The notes under the pieces: generated by a model
What the model was told of the DNA's origin: nothing
The model's input: the letters and a program-made list of their open reading frames with translations, nothing else
The model's database searches: none
Part shown: positions 1 through 8,200 of the stretch, piece by piece
Position numbering within the stretch: the stretch's first letter is position 1
How the letters are laid out: each line of letters begins with the position of its first letter
Made by a program: the position numbers and the translations under genes
Source of the DNA: Capsulimonadales bacterium
GTDB lineage: Bacteria > Armatimonadota > Armatimonadia > Armatimonadales > Armatimonadaceae
Direction: 5' to 3'
Assembly: GCA_033762295.1 (NCBI GenBank)
Contig: JANRLW010000077.1
Coordinates: 1-64,000 of the forward strand
DNA length: 64,000 nucleotides

Positions 1-150
1 TCCGCCTCCGATCCCCGACTCCTGATCGGACTCGGTAACGACCCCCGACTCGCCATCACTCGGATTCACCTGCGATGGCCCGACGGTAAGACACAGATAC
101 TCGACAACCAACCCATCGATTCCTACAGAAACGTCACGGAGAGTCATTAG
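1..150 (+). CDS. C-terminal fragment of an ASPIC/UnbV-domain (CRTAC1-like) protein, truncated by window edge
   Basis: Frame 1 reads SASDPRLLIGLGNDPRLAITRIHLRWPDGKTQILDNQPIDSYRNVTESH*, matching the ASPIC/UnbV pattern S..D.RL.xGLG...i.vRWPxG; stop TAG at 148-150. Confidence 0.75.
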   Translation, partial: SASDPRLLIGLGNDPRLAITRIHLRWPDGKTQILDNQPIDSYRNVTESH

Positions 151-182
151 AGATCGCATCACCCTGTGAGAGGAAAACGTAA

Positions 183-497
183 ATGACCAGAGGTTTTAGC
201 AATAACGAGAATAACCCCGCGAAGACCCCGGTAAATCCGGCAATTTTGATTGCGGCGGTCGTCTTTGTTGTCGCGCTCATCGGAGGATTGGCCTACTACT
301 TCCTGTTTCCGCACAGCGCACCGGTCACCCCGCGCCCGCTGACGGAATCCGAATCCTATCTGCAAACGAAGGCTCGTGAATCCGAAGGAGATTTTAACCG
401 ATTGAGTCCCACCGATCAACGGGAATTGATCCAAAAACTGGGTCCGAGCGCCCCGGTCACTCTTCGTATGTCCTATCAGGCTTTGCAATCAAAGTAG
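183..497 (+). CDS. Small hypothetical single-pass membrane protein
   Basis: 104 aa ORF, GAGGA RBS upstream, one hydrophobic segment (AILIAAVVFVVALIGGLAYYFLF), followed by a hairpin. Confidence 0.7.
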   Translation: MTRGFSNNENNPAKTPVNPAILIAAVVFVVALIGGLAYYFLFPHSAPVTPRPLTESESYLQTKARESEGDFNRLSPTDQRELIQKLGPSAPVTLRMSYQALQSK

Positions 498-505
498 CGC
501 GGATT

Positions 506-535
506 CGGAACGCGCCTCAAAAGAGGCGCGTTCCG
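506..535 (+). terminator. Stem-loop after the 183..497 gene (possible terminator)
   Basis: CGGAACGCGCCTC-AAAA-GAGGCGCGTTCCG, perfect 13-bp stem; no strong U-tract. Confidence 0.5.
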
Positions 536-616
536 GACCTCGTCGGTACCGTTCCTTCTCCGTGCCTCTGTCATAACTCCCCCCGCTAAAGCAGGGAAAG
601 AAAATGTCCACGCGCC

Positions 617-682
617 TTGACGACAACTGTGGTTATACGATACACTCCCTTGACCACATTCGTGGTTAACCACATCCGTAGT
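617..682 (+). promoter_or_regulatory. Promoter (TTGACG-N18-TACACT) overlapped or followed by three BlaI/CopY-type operator boxes
   Basis: ACGACAACTGTGGT (620-633), ACCACATTCGTGGT (653-666), ACCACATCCGTAGT (669-682) resemble the ACTACAnnTGTAGT BlaI/MecI/CopY dyad and lie directly upstream of the BlaI-family gene. Confidence 0.65.
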
Positions 683-700
683 CAGGAAGGGGCAACGAGA

Positions 701-1123
701 ATGCGTAAGCCCGGTCTGGGAAACCTGGAACTGGAGATTCTCCGATATATCACCGACCATGGCCCCGCCAGTGTCGGACAGGTGACGGAAGGGTTCGCCG
801 TTCCGCGCGGGTTTTCTCGCTCGACGATCAATACCAGCATCGAACGGCTCTTCAAGAAGGGATATCTGACCCGCTCTGCCGCCTCCGCAGGAGATGCTTT
901 CCGCTATTCGGCAACACTCTCCTCGGAGGCCGTTCTCAGCGGGTTGGTGGAGAACTTTGTGGAGAATACCCTTGCCGGTTCCCTGCGCCCGTTTTTCGCC
1001 TATTTTGCGCACCGGCAACCGCTCTCCGAAACGGAGATCGCCCAGTTACGGGAACTCGTCGACTCTCTCGAAGCGCCCGCAGCGACCGAACCGGGCGAGA
1101 AAAAACAGGAGAACGCCGGATGA
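701..1123 (+). CDS. BlaI/MecI/CopY family transcriptional repressor
   Basis: LGNLELEILRYI...SRSTINTSIERLFKKGYL winged-helix pattern; ATG at 701 after AGGAAGGG; ATGA overlap with the M56 gene. Confidence 0.9.
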   Translation: MRKPGLGNLELEILRYITDHGPASVGQVTEGFAVPRGFSRSTINTSIERLFKKGYLTRSAASAGDAFRYSATLSSEAVLSGLVENFVENTLAGSLRPFFAYFAHRQPLSETEIAQLRELVDSLEAPAATEPGEKKQENAG

Positions 1124-3180
1124 ACCCGACGGACTGGAACGATTTTGCCGCCCGGTGGACGCCCTGCATGGGGAATGCCTGCTGGCAGGGCGCTCTCGCC
1201 GTCGTGGGAATTGCCCTCCTCTGTCGCATCTGCCCGCGCCTCCCCTCCGGGGTACGAGCCACCCTGTGGTGGCTCGTATGCGCAAAAACCCTTCTCGGTC
1301 TCGCAATCACCGGTCCGGTCCGAATCGCCGTTCTGCCCGCCCTTCCCGCAGCGGGAGAAGACCGGAGGCCGCTCCCCGTCACCGCTCGTTCCGTACGACC
1401 CCCCGCAGGGGCGACGCATCCACGACGTCCGCCGGTCGTATCGGAGGTGTCCGGAGTGTCGGGGGTTCCTTCCGGCATGACCGCGTCCCTGTCTCCGGCG
1501 GCCGTTCTGCTCCTCCTCTGGATCGTCGGTAGCGCCACCCTTCTTACCGTCGTCGGTATCGAGATCGTGTCTCTCCGCCGTCGGACGAGGGGCGCGCAAC
1601 TCTGCGAGGAGTCGGACCTCCTGCGCGACGTCGCCCGGGCGATCGGCCTGAAACGGACGCCATCCGTCCTGATCTCCGACAGCGTCCCCGCAACTTTGAT
1701 GATGGGCCTCCGGAATCCGCGTGTCCTGCTCTGTCGGAGCGATTGGGAGTGTCTGTCGGGGTCGGAACGTACCGCACTCCTCGCTCATGAGTTCGCCCAT
1801 ATCCGACGAATGGATCTTCCGGTCGGCGTTCTGCCGAACGTCGCGCGACTGCTTTTTTTCTTCAACCCGCTGATATGGCTCGCATGTCGCGAATACGATC
1901 TGGCGCGGGAAGCCGCCTGCGATTCCGAAGCGTTGCGGGTCAGCGGAATGACTCCCGCCGATTATGGCCGGCTTCTCCTCAAATTGAGCATCGCGCCTCC
2001 TGCCCGAACCGGATTTTCCGGAGCCGCCGCGCTGGGAGTCGCCACCCCCTTCGGCGTCCTTTTGAGCCGAAGACTACGCCTTCTTCAAGACACCTGGGAA
2101 AGCTCTTCCCCTACCCGACGGCAAAACGCCCTCCGGGCGTTGCTCGCCGCCGTCAGCCTTCTCAGTCTGTCTCCCGTTCACACGGCAAGGGAGAAACGTG
2201 CGCAAACGTCGCGTCCCCTGCCCTTGCTACCGTCGCTTCCCCGGTTGCTTCCTATGGAAACAAAAGAAAGAGAAGAGGTACGAATCATGTCCGCAAAAAC
2301 GTCCGTCAACAAATCGCCGCTGACGGTTACTTTATCCCGTTCGGTCGCCGTTGCCGCCATGGCGGTGACCGCCTTCCCGGTGCGAGCCGCCGCTCAGGCA
2401 ACGCCCCCGCTCCCGCCCACGCCCCCACCCGCTCCGGTCGCTCCCGCGCCTCCCCCGGTTCCGGTCGCTCCCGTCCCTGTGGCGGAACCCGCGGAACCGG
2501 TGGAACCCGCGGAACCGGTGGAACCGGACGCTCCTTCGGCATCCTCGGTGATGCAGGGCAGTCGTCTACCGTTCACGGTCCGTCGAGGGAATTCGTACAG
2601 CACGCAGGGCGGGGATAGAACGGTCGCGGAACGACAGAGGGCCATCGCGAAGGCACAGAGCGGCGACTGTCTGGTGGTCGATCGCGATGGCAAAACCTAT
2701 GTGATTACCGATGCGGCCACCCTGCGCAAGGTTCAGGAAAACTATGCTCCGGTCGAGGCGATCGGGCAAAAGATGGAAGCCGTCGGAAAGAAAATGGAGG
2801 AGGCCGGCAAACCGATGCACGATCTGGGCCGACAGATGGAAGAGGTCGGAAAGAAAATGGAAGGGATCGGCAAGCAGATGGAGGAGCAGGGGCGATTGAT
2901 GGAGGCCGCCGTCAGGGAAGGGAAACCGGAAGCCGACCGGAAGGCGATCGAAGCCCGGATGCGGGAACTTATGGAAACGATGAAGGAACCGCAGGAAGAG
3001 ATGCGAGAGCTTTCGAAGAAAATGCGGGAACAAAGCGTCAAATTGCATCCCTTCGGCGATCAACAGCGAAAGATGGGCGACGAGATTCGTGCTGCGGTCA
3101 AGGAGGCGAACTCCCGGATGACGGACATCATCGATCGCGCCTTCAAAGACCATCTTGCCATAGAACAGAAAACCCCCTGA
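1120..3180 (+). CDS. M56 family (BlaR1/MecR1-like) membrane zinc metallopeptidase with Pro-rich linker and C-terminal coiled-coil domain
   Basis: LAHEFAHIRRMD HExxH motif, FFFNPLIW and REAACD M56 motifs, N-terminal TM segments, coupled to the BlaI gene. Confidence 0.9.
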   Translation: MNPTDWNDFAARWTPCMGNACWQGALAVVGIALLCRICPRLPSGVRATLWWLVCAKTLLGLAITGPVRIAVLPALPAAGEDRRPLPVTARSVRPPAGATHPRRPPVVSEVSGVSGVPSGMTASLSPAAVLLLLWIVGSATLLTVVGIEIVSLRRRTRGAQLCEESDLLRDVARAIGLKRTPSVLISDSVPATLMMGLRNPRVLLCRSDWECLSGSERTALLAHEFAHIRRMDLPVGVLPNVARLLFFFNPLIWLACREYDLAREAACDSEALRVSGMTPADYGRLLLKLSIAPPARTGFSGAAALGVATPFGVLLSRRLRLLQDTWESSSPTRRQNALRALLAAVSLLSLSPVHTAREKRAQTSRPLPLLPSLPRLLPMETKEREEVRIMSAKTSVNKSPLTVTLSRSVAVAAMAVTAFPVRAAAQATPPLPPTPPPAPVAPAPPPVPVAPVPVAEPAEPVEPAEPVEPDAPSASSVMQGSRLPFTVRRGNSYSTQGGDRTVAERQRAIAKAQSGDCLVVDRDGKTYVITDAATLRKVQENYAPVEAIGQKMEAVGKKMEEAGKPMHDLGRQMEEVGKKMEGIGKQMEEQGRLMEAAVREGKPEADRKAIEARMRELMETMKEPQEEMRELSKKMREQSVKLHPFGDQQRKMGDEIRAAVKEANSRMTDIIDRAFKDHLAIEQKTP
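2482..2526 (+). repeat. 9-bp in-frame tandem repeat (A/V-E-P)x5 within the M56 gene
   Basis: gcggaaccc gcggaaccg gtggaaccc gcggaaccg gtggaaccg. Confidence 0.8.
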
Positions 3181-3197
3181 TCCACGACGGTCCACGA

Positions 3198-3226
3198 CGG
3201 GGCTGCCTCGACTCGGTGCAGCCCCG
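3198..3226 (+). terminator. Stem-loop after the M56 gene
   Basis: CGGGGCTGC-N11-GCAGCCCCG, preceded by duplicated TCCACGACGG. Confidence 0.45.
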
Positions 3227-3352
3227 CCTAACCTACCCGAAGAAAACGCACGCCGGAATGGACGAAACGGGTGTGTCGGTTATAATATTTTGAAACGAAG
3301 ATCCGGATCGCCGCTCGATCCCGGTCCGTTTGCAGGAAGTAACCGCCGTCCC

Positions 3353-5716
3353 ATGACCGAAGAAGAAGCCGACCGGGGCTACCGCCTGCCGCCCCAGGCG
3401 GTGGTCGATATCCTCGATACCCCGCCGACGCCCGTCCTGACCCTGTCGCCCGACCGACGCACGATGATGCTCGTCGAGTATCAGGCCTATCCCTCGATCG
3501 AACTGCTGGCCCGTCCGTTTCTCAAACTCGGCGGAATCCGCGTCGATCCGCAGCTATCCGCCACCCAGCGCACGATCGAGTATACCGGCCTCACTCTTCT
3601 GGACGTCGCCGACGCCACGCAACGCCCTGTCACCGGTCTGCCCGACGGCGCGAAGATCGGCGTGCCCTCCTGGTCGCTCGACAGCCGACGGTTCGCCTTT
3701 ACCCGTGACACCGAAAGCGGGGTCGAAGTCTGGGTCGGCGACACCGAAACCGCCGCCTGTCGTCCCCTCACCGGATTTCATACCACCGATGTGCTCGCCG
3801 GGCCGTTCGCCTGGCTCGATGACAGCCGTCACCTGCTGGTCGCCTCCGTGCCGGTCGACCGGGGCGCGCCGCCCGAGGAACCCGGCATTCCGTCCGGCCC
3901 CATCATTCAGGAGACGGCCGGCAAACAGGTCCGGGCGTCCACCTACCAGGATCTGCTCCAATCACCGCACGAGGAGCGGTTGTTCGCCTACTACGGCACG
4001 TCGCAACTGATCCTCGTCGATACCGATACCGGCGCGATTCTTCCGCTCGGGAACCCCGATCTTCTGTTATCCGTGGCACCGTCCCCGAGCGAGGACTATC
4101 TGCTGGTCACTCGACTGAAACGTCCCTTCTCCTACCGCGTCCCGTACTTTTACTTCTCCCGGACGATCGAGGTATGGGATCGGGCGGGGCGAACGGTCCG
4201 GGTCATCGCCGATCACCCGGTGTCGGACGAAGTGCCGCAGCAGGGCGTCCCGACCGGCCCCCGCAGCGTCCTCTGGCAGGCGAAGCATCCGGCGACCCTG
4301 CTCTGGGCGGAGGCGCTGGACGGGGGCGATCCGCTGGCGAAGGTGCCGCACCGCGATCGTCTACTCCGCCTCGCCGCCCCCTTCGAAGAGGAGCCGACCG
4401 AGCTTCTGCGCCTGAACGAACGGTACGCCGGGTGGGACTGGACCGATCGCCCGGATGAGGTGCTACTGGGCGAGTACCATCGTGACCGACGCTGGCGGAC
4501 GACCTATCGACTGTCCCTGAACCGCCCCGACGAGAAAACGACGCTGTTCGATCTCTCGGTCAACGACGCCTATAACGATCCCGGAAGTTTTGTCTACCGG
4601 ATGAACCCCGACGGCGAGCGTGTCATGCTGCAGGACGGAGACGATGCCTACCTGACCGGCCGGGGCGCAACGCCGGAAGGCGACCGACCGTTTCTGGACC
4701 GCATCCATCTGCCGACCGGGGAGCGGACCCGCCTTTTTGAGTGCGATCCCGACAGTTACAGCGGTTTCGTCGCCTTCGTCGGACCCGAGAACGATCGAGA
4801 CGAGATCATGATCTCGCATCAAACACCGACCCGGCCGACCAACTACTTCGTGCTGAACCTGGCGACCGGCGAGCGTCGCGCCCTGACCGATTTCACGGAC
4901 CCGCATCCGCAGTTGACCGGATTGAAAAAGGAACTGGTCCGGTATACGCGCGCGGACGGCGTCCCGCTCTCCGGTCGCCTCTATCTGCCCCCCGGCTATG
5001 ATCCGGAGCGCGACGGGCCACTGCCCCTGATCCTCTGGGCCTATCCGATGGAGTACTCCGATGCCGCGACGGCCGGGCAGGTGCGCGGTTCCGATCGCAC
5101 CTTCACCCGCATGGCGGGCACATCCCAACTCTGGTTCGTCACGCAGGGCTATGCGGTGCTGAACGATGCGACGATGCCGGTCGTCGGCGACCCGGAGACG
5201 ATGAACGATACGTTCGTCGAACAGATCGTCGGCGCGGCGGAAGCGGCCATCGCCGAAATGGTCCGCCGGGGTATCGCCGACCCGACCCGCGTCGTCGTCG
5301 GCGGGCACTCCTACGGCGCGTTCATGACCGCCAACCTGCTCGCCCATGCGCCGGAACGGTTCGCGGCAGGGATCGCGCGATCGGGCGCGTATAACCGGAC
5401 TCTGACGCCTTTCGGGTTTCAGTCCGAACGTCGCTCCTTCTGGGAGGCGCGGGAAATCTACATGAACCTGTCCCCGTTCACCCATGCCGACCGGATCAAG
5501 TCGCCGATCCTTCTGATCCACGGACAGAACGACAACAATCCCGGCACGCATACGCTGCAGTCGGAACGTTTCTACCAGGCGTTGCAGGCGACCGGCGCGA
5601 CCGCGCGCCTGGTTCTGCTCCCGCACGAATCCCACGGCTACCGGGCGCGCGAGTCGGTTCTGCATACGCTCTACGAAATGTTTTCCTGGGCGGATCGGTA
5701 CGCGAAAAACCGGTAA
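3353..5716 (+). CDS. S9 family serine peptidase (glutamyl endopeptidase/S9D-like)
   Basis: GHSYGAFMTANLL nucleophile motif, GIARSGAYNRTLTPFGFQSE, HGQNDNN and LPHESHGY catalytic Asp/His motifs; ATG 3353 preferred over TTG 3290. Confidence 0.9.
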   Translation: MTEEEADRGYRLPPQAVVDILDTPPTPVLTLSPDRRTMMLVEYQAYPSIELLARPFLKLGGIRVDPQLSATQRTIEYTGLTLLDVADATQRPVTGLPDGAKIGVPSWSLDSRRFAFTRDTESGVEVWVGDTETAACRPLTGFHTTDVLAGPFAWLDDSRHLLVASVPVDRGAPPEEPGIPSGPIIQETAGKQVRASTYQDLLQSPHEERLFAYYGTSQLILVDTDTGAILPLGNPDLLLSVAPSPSEDYLLVTRLKRPFSYRVPYFYFSRTIEVWDRAGRTVRVIADHPVSDEVPQQGVPTGPRSVLWQAKHPATLLWAEALDGGDPLAKVPHRDRLLRLAAPFEEEPTELLRLNERYAGWDWTDRPDEVLLGEYHRDRRWRTTYRLSLNRPDEKTTLFDLSVNDAYNDPGSFVYRMNPDGERVMLQDGDDAYLTGRGATPEGDRPFLDRIHLPTGERTRLFECDPDSYSGFVAFVGPENDRDEIMISHQTPTRPTNYFVLNLATGERRALTDFTDPHPQLTGLKKELVRYTRADGVPLSGRLYLPPGYDPERDGPLPLILWAYPMEYSDAATAGQVRGSDRTFTRMAGTSQLWFVTQGYAVLNDATMPVVGDPETMNDTFVEQIVGAAEAAIAEMVRRGIADPTRVVVGGHSYGAFMTANLLAHAPERFAAGIARSGAYNRTLTPFGFQSERRSFWEAREIYMNLSPFTHADRIKSPILLIHGQNDNNPGTHTLQSERFYQALQATGATARLVLLPHESHGYRARESVLHTLYEMFSWADRYAKNR

Positions 5717-5741
5717 GGAATTCGCCGGACCGGTCACGAAC
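5714..5741 (+). promoter_or_regulatory. AGGA-N18-GAA motif (putative alternative-sigma promoter)
   Basis: TAAGGAattcgccggaccggtcacGAAC, 33 nt before the glycoside hydrolase start; motif recurs at other sugar genes. Confidence 0.35.
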
Positions 5742-5773
5742 AGAACGGCAGTACTCTTTTCAGGAGAAAAACC

Positions 5774-8008
5774 ATGACCGTTTTTCGCCACTGGTCCCTC
5801 ACCCTTTTCGGGGGCGTCGTAGCCCTCGGCCTGTTCCTCATGGGTCTTTCGTCACCGGCCACGGCGCAGGCGTTGCGGGTCACCCGTCTCGCGCAACCGG
5901 GCGTGGGAAAAGTCCATGAATTCCGCATCGACGGCGTCCCGGACGCAGCAAACCCGTACGACCCGGACGTGATCGCGGTCGATGCCGTTTTCACCGCGCC
6001 GTCCGGCAAGACCCTGCGTCAGGCCGCCTTCCGTTACCAGGCGTTCACCCGCCGGTTACGGAACGATAACGAATCGCTTTCGCCGACCGGCAACCCCGAA
6101 TGGCGCTTGCGCTTCTGCCCGGTCGAGACCGGAGCGCATCAGGTTCGAATCCTCGTCACCCGCCCCGGTCTGCCGACCGTCGAAAGCGGTTCCGTCTCCT
6201 TTGCGGTGAGCGGTTCGGCGCCGGGTCGCGGAGTGGGTTTCGTCCGCATCGACGCCGCGACGAAACGTTTCGTGACGGATGCCGGAAACTCTCTCCCGCT
6301 GATCGGCCAGAACGTCTGCTGGCACGGCGCGCGCGGCACGTTCGATTACGATCTCTGGTTTCCGGCCATGCGTCGGACCCGGCAGAACTTCGCCCGTCTG
6401 TGGATGTGGCCGATCTCCTTCGGGCTGGAGTCGGAAGCCGATTCCCGGCTGAACTACCGACAGGACCGTGCCTGGCAACTGGACTATGTTTTCGATCTGG
6501 CCGAGAATAACGGTATCTACCTCCTGCTCTGCCTGGATTACCACGGGATGTTCGAGGTGACTCCCGACTACTGGGGCGGGAATAACTACTGGCCGAAGCA
6601 CCCGTACAACCGGGCGAACGGCGGTCCCTGCGCCGCCCAGAACGATTTCTTCACCGACCCGACGGCGAAATCGCTCTATCGGAAACGTCTTCGTTACCTG
6701 CTGGCGCGGTACGGCGCGAGTCGCCGACTCCTCGCCTGGGAGTTCTTCAACGAGATCGATAATGTCTACCGCTACCTGAACGCCGGAGATGTCGCCCGGT
6801 GGCATCAGGAGATGGGTCGCTGGGTCCGGGAGAACGACCCCTATCGCCATCCGGTCACGACCAGTCTGACCGGCGGCAGCGAACGCGCCGATATCTGGTC
6901 GATCCCGGAAATGGATTTCACGCAGTATCATTCGTACGGCGCGGAGCGTCCCCTCACCACCTTCGCCGACCTGACGACGACCCTGGTAGGGCGTTACGAC
7001 AAACCGCTGCTGATCGGGGAGTTCGGCACGGACTGGCGCGGATGGAACCGCCCGAACGATCCCCACCTGCGCGGTTTCCGTCAGAGCCTCTGGGGTGGGT
7101 TCCTGGGGAACGGTACGGGGACCGCCATGTCCTGGTGGTGGGAGAACGTCTACTCGGAGGGTCTGTACCCGCTGTACGCCCTCGTGGATCGAACCGAGCA
7201 GTGGATGCGGCGCGAGGGCGTCTCCAGTCCCGGGTTCCGGGCAGCGGGCGGCGCCGTTCTCGGCGAACGGGTCGCGGGTGCGCGGTTCGACGTGACGCTG
7301 GTTCCCGACGGCGGATGGGGGACGCCGGTTCCGGGGACGCTGCCCATCACCGCGCCCGACAGCGCCCCGCTTGCCGGAACCCGGCTGAACCGTTTCATCC
7401 ATGGGACCACCCATCCCGACCTTCGCCGCCCCTGTCGCCTTTCCGCCTGGTGGGACAACAATGCTCGCCTGGTGATGCATCTCAACTCGGTCGCCGACGG
7501 CGCCGTTTTGGAGGTGCTGGTCGACGGCAAATCGGTCTTCACGCGGGACCTGCCGAACAAGGACGGTCAGTATACGGTGGTCGGGGAGTACGACGAGGAT
7601 ATTTCGGTCGATCTTCCGGCGGGTCGACATGAGGTGGAGATTCGCAACGCAGGCCGCGACTGGTTCCATCTCGACCGGATTACCGCGGTCGGCGTTCTTC
7701 CGGCCGAGGCGAGAACCACACCGATAGCCGTCGGTATGACCGGCAACCGCGCCGCCGCCGTCTACGTGCTCAACCCGTTGATCGAGTTTCCGGCGAACGC
7801 CACCCTGGTGAACGTCGCTCCGGTCCGCGGCAGCGTGCTGATCCTGCCGGGTCTGGCCGAGGGGCGGTACCAGGCGTCCTGGGGTCGGACGAAGGACAAG
7901 TGGGTCGGTCCGACAACGGGCGCCCGGACGAAGGACGGACTGCTCGTTCTGCCCGTTCCGGACTTCACCGAGGACCTGATCGGTTGGATCTGGCGCATCG
8001 GTCCGTGA
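5774..8008 (+). CDS. Secreted DUF5060-type N-terminal domain plus clan GH-A (GH5-like) glycoside hydrolase
   Basis: Signal peptide; NPYDPD..V.A.FTAPSG and WRLRFCP..G N-terminal motifs; AWEFFNE acid/base and PLLIGEFG nucleophile motifs; AGGAGA RBS. Confidence 0.75.
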   Translation: MTVFRHWSLTLFGGVVALGLFLMGLSSPATAQALRVTRLAQPGVGKVHEFRIDGVPDAANPYDPDVIAVDAVFTAPSGKTLRQAAFRYQAFTRRLRNDNESLSPTGNPEWRLRFCPVETGAHQVRILVTRPGLPTVESGSVSFAVSGSAPGRGVGFVRIDAATKRFVTDAGNSLPLIGQNVCWHGARGTFDYDLWFPAMRRTRQNFARLWMWPISFGLESEADSRLNYRQDRAWQLDYVFDLAENNGIYLLLCLDYHGMFEVTPDYWGGNNYWPKHPYNRANGGPCAAQNDFFTDPTAKSLYRKRLRYLLARYGASRRLLAWEFFNEIDNVYRYLNAGDVARWHQEMGRWVRENDPYRHPVTTSLTGGSERADIWSIPEMDFTQYHSYGAERPLTTFADLTTTLVGRYDKPLLIGEFGTDWRGWNRPNDPHLRGFRQSLWGGFLGNGTGTAMSWWWENVYSEGLYPLYALVDRTEQWMRREGVSSPGFRAAGGAVLGERVAGARFDVTLVPDGGWGTPVPGTLPITAPDSAPLAGTRLNRFIHGTTHPDLRRPCRLSAWWDNNARLVMHLNSVADGAVLEVLVDGKSVFTRDLPNKDGQYTVVGEYDEDISVDLPAGRHEVEIRNAGRDWFHLDRITAVGVLPAEARTTPIAVGMTGNRAAAVYVLNPLIEFPANATLVNVAPVRGSVLILPGLAEGRYQASWGRTKDKWVGPTTGARTKDGLLVLPVPDFTEDLIGWIWRIGP

Positions 8009-8200
8009 TCGCCCATGGCAGGTTATGGAAAGCCACGCATCGGGACCCACGGGACGGGCGGTACTCCTACGTCCTCCGCTACGCCCCCGCTGCCGCCGGA
8101 GGAGACTTCGCTCCCGGAGCGGTCACCGAGATGAGGGCGGTAAAACCGGAGACGTCATGCTACACTGAAGGGCAGTCAAACCACATTCGAGGAGCAAACC

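Noticed and set aside
3290..3352. TTG start at 3290 for the S9 peptidase
   Set aside because: Lies only 3 nt after the TATAAT at 3281-3286, too close to be transcribed from it; ATG 3353 fits better
6056..8050. Long antisense ORFs (also 8123..10111, 13627..15405, 15210..17009, 21412..23418, 24917..26440, 33893..35806, 36830..39010, 47061..48719, 55750..57531)
   Set aside because: They mirror well-supported genes on the opposite strand, show no recognisable motifs, and are expected in high-GC DNA
8009..8200. Possible purine-related riboswitch upstream of purL
   Set aside because: No recognisable aptamer consensus by eye, and an extended -10 at 8158-8166 leaves only about 30 nt of leader; an Rfam scan would be decisive
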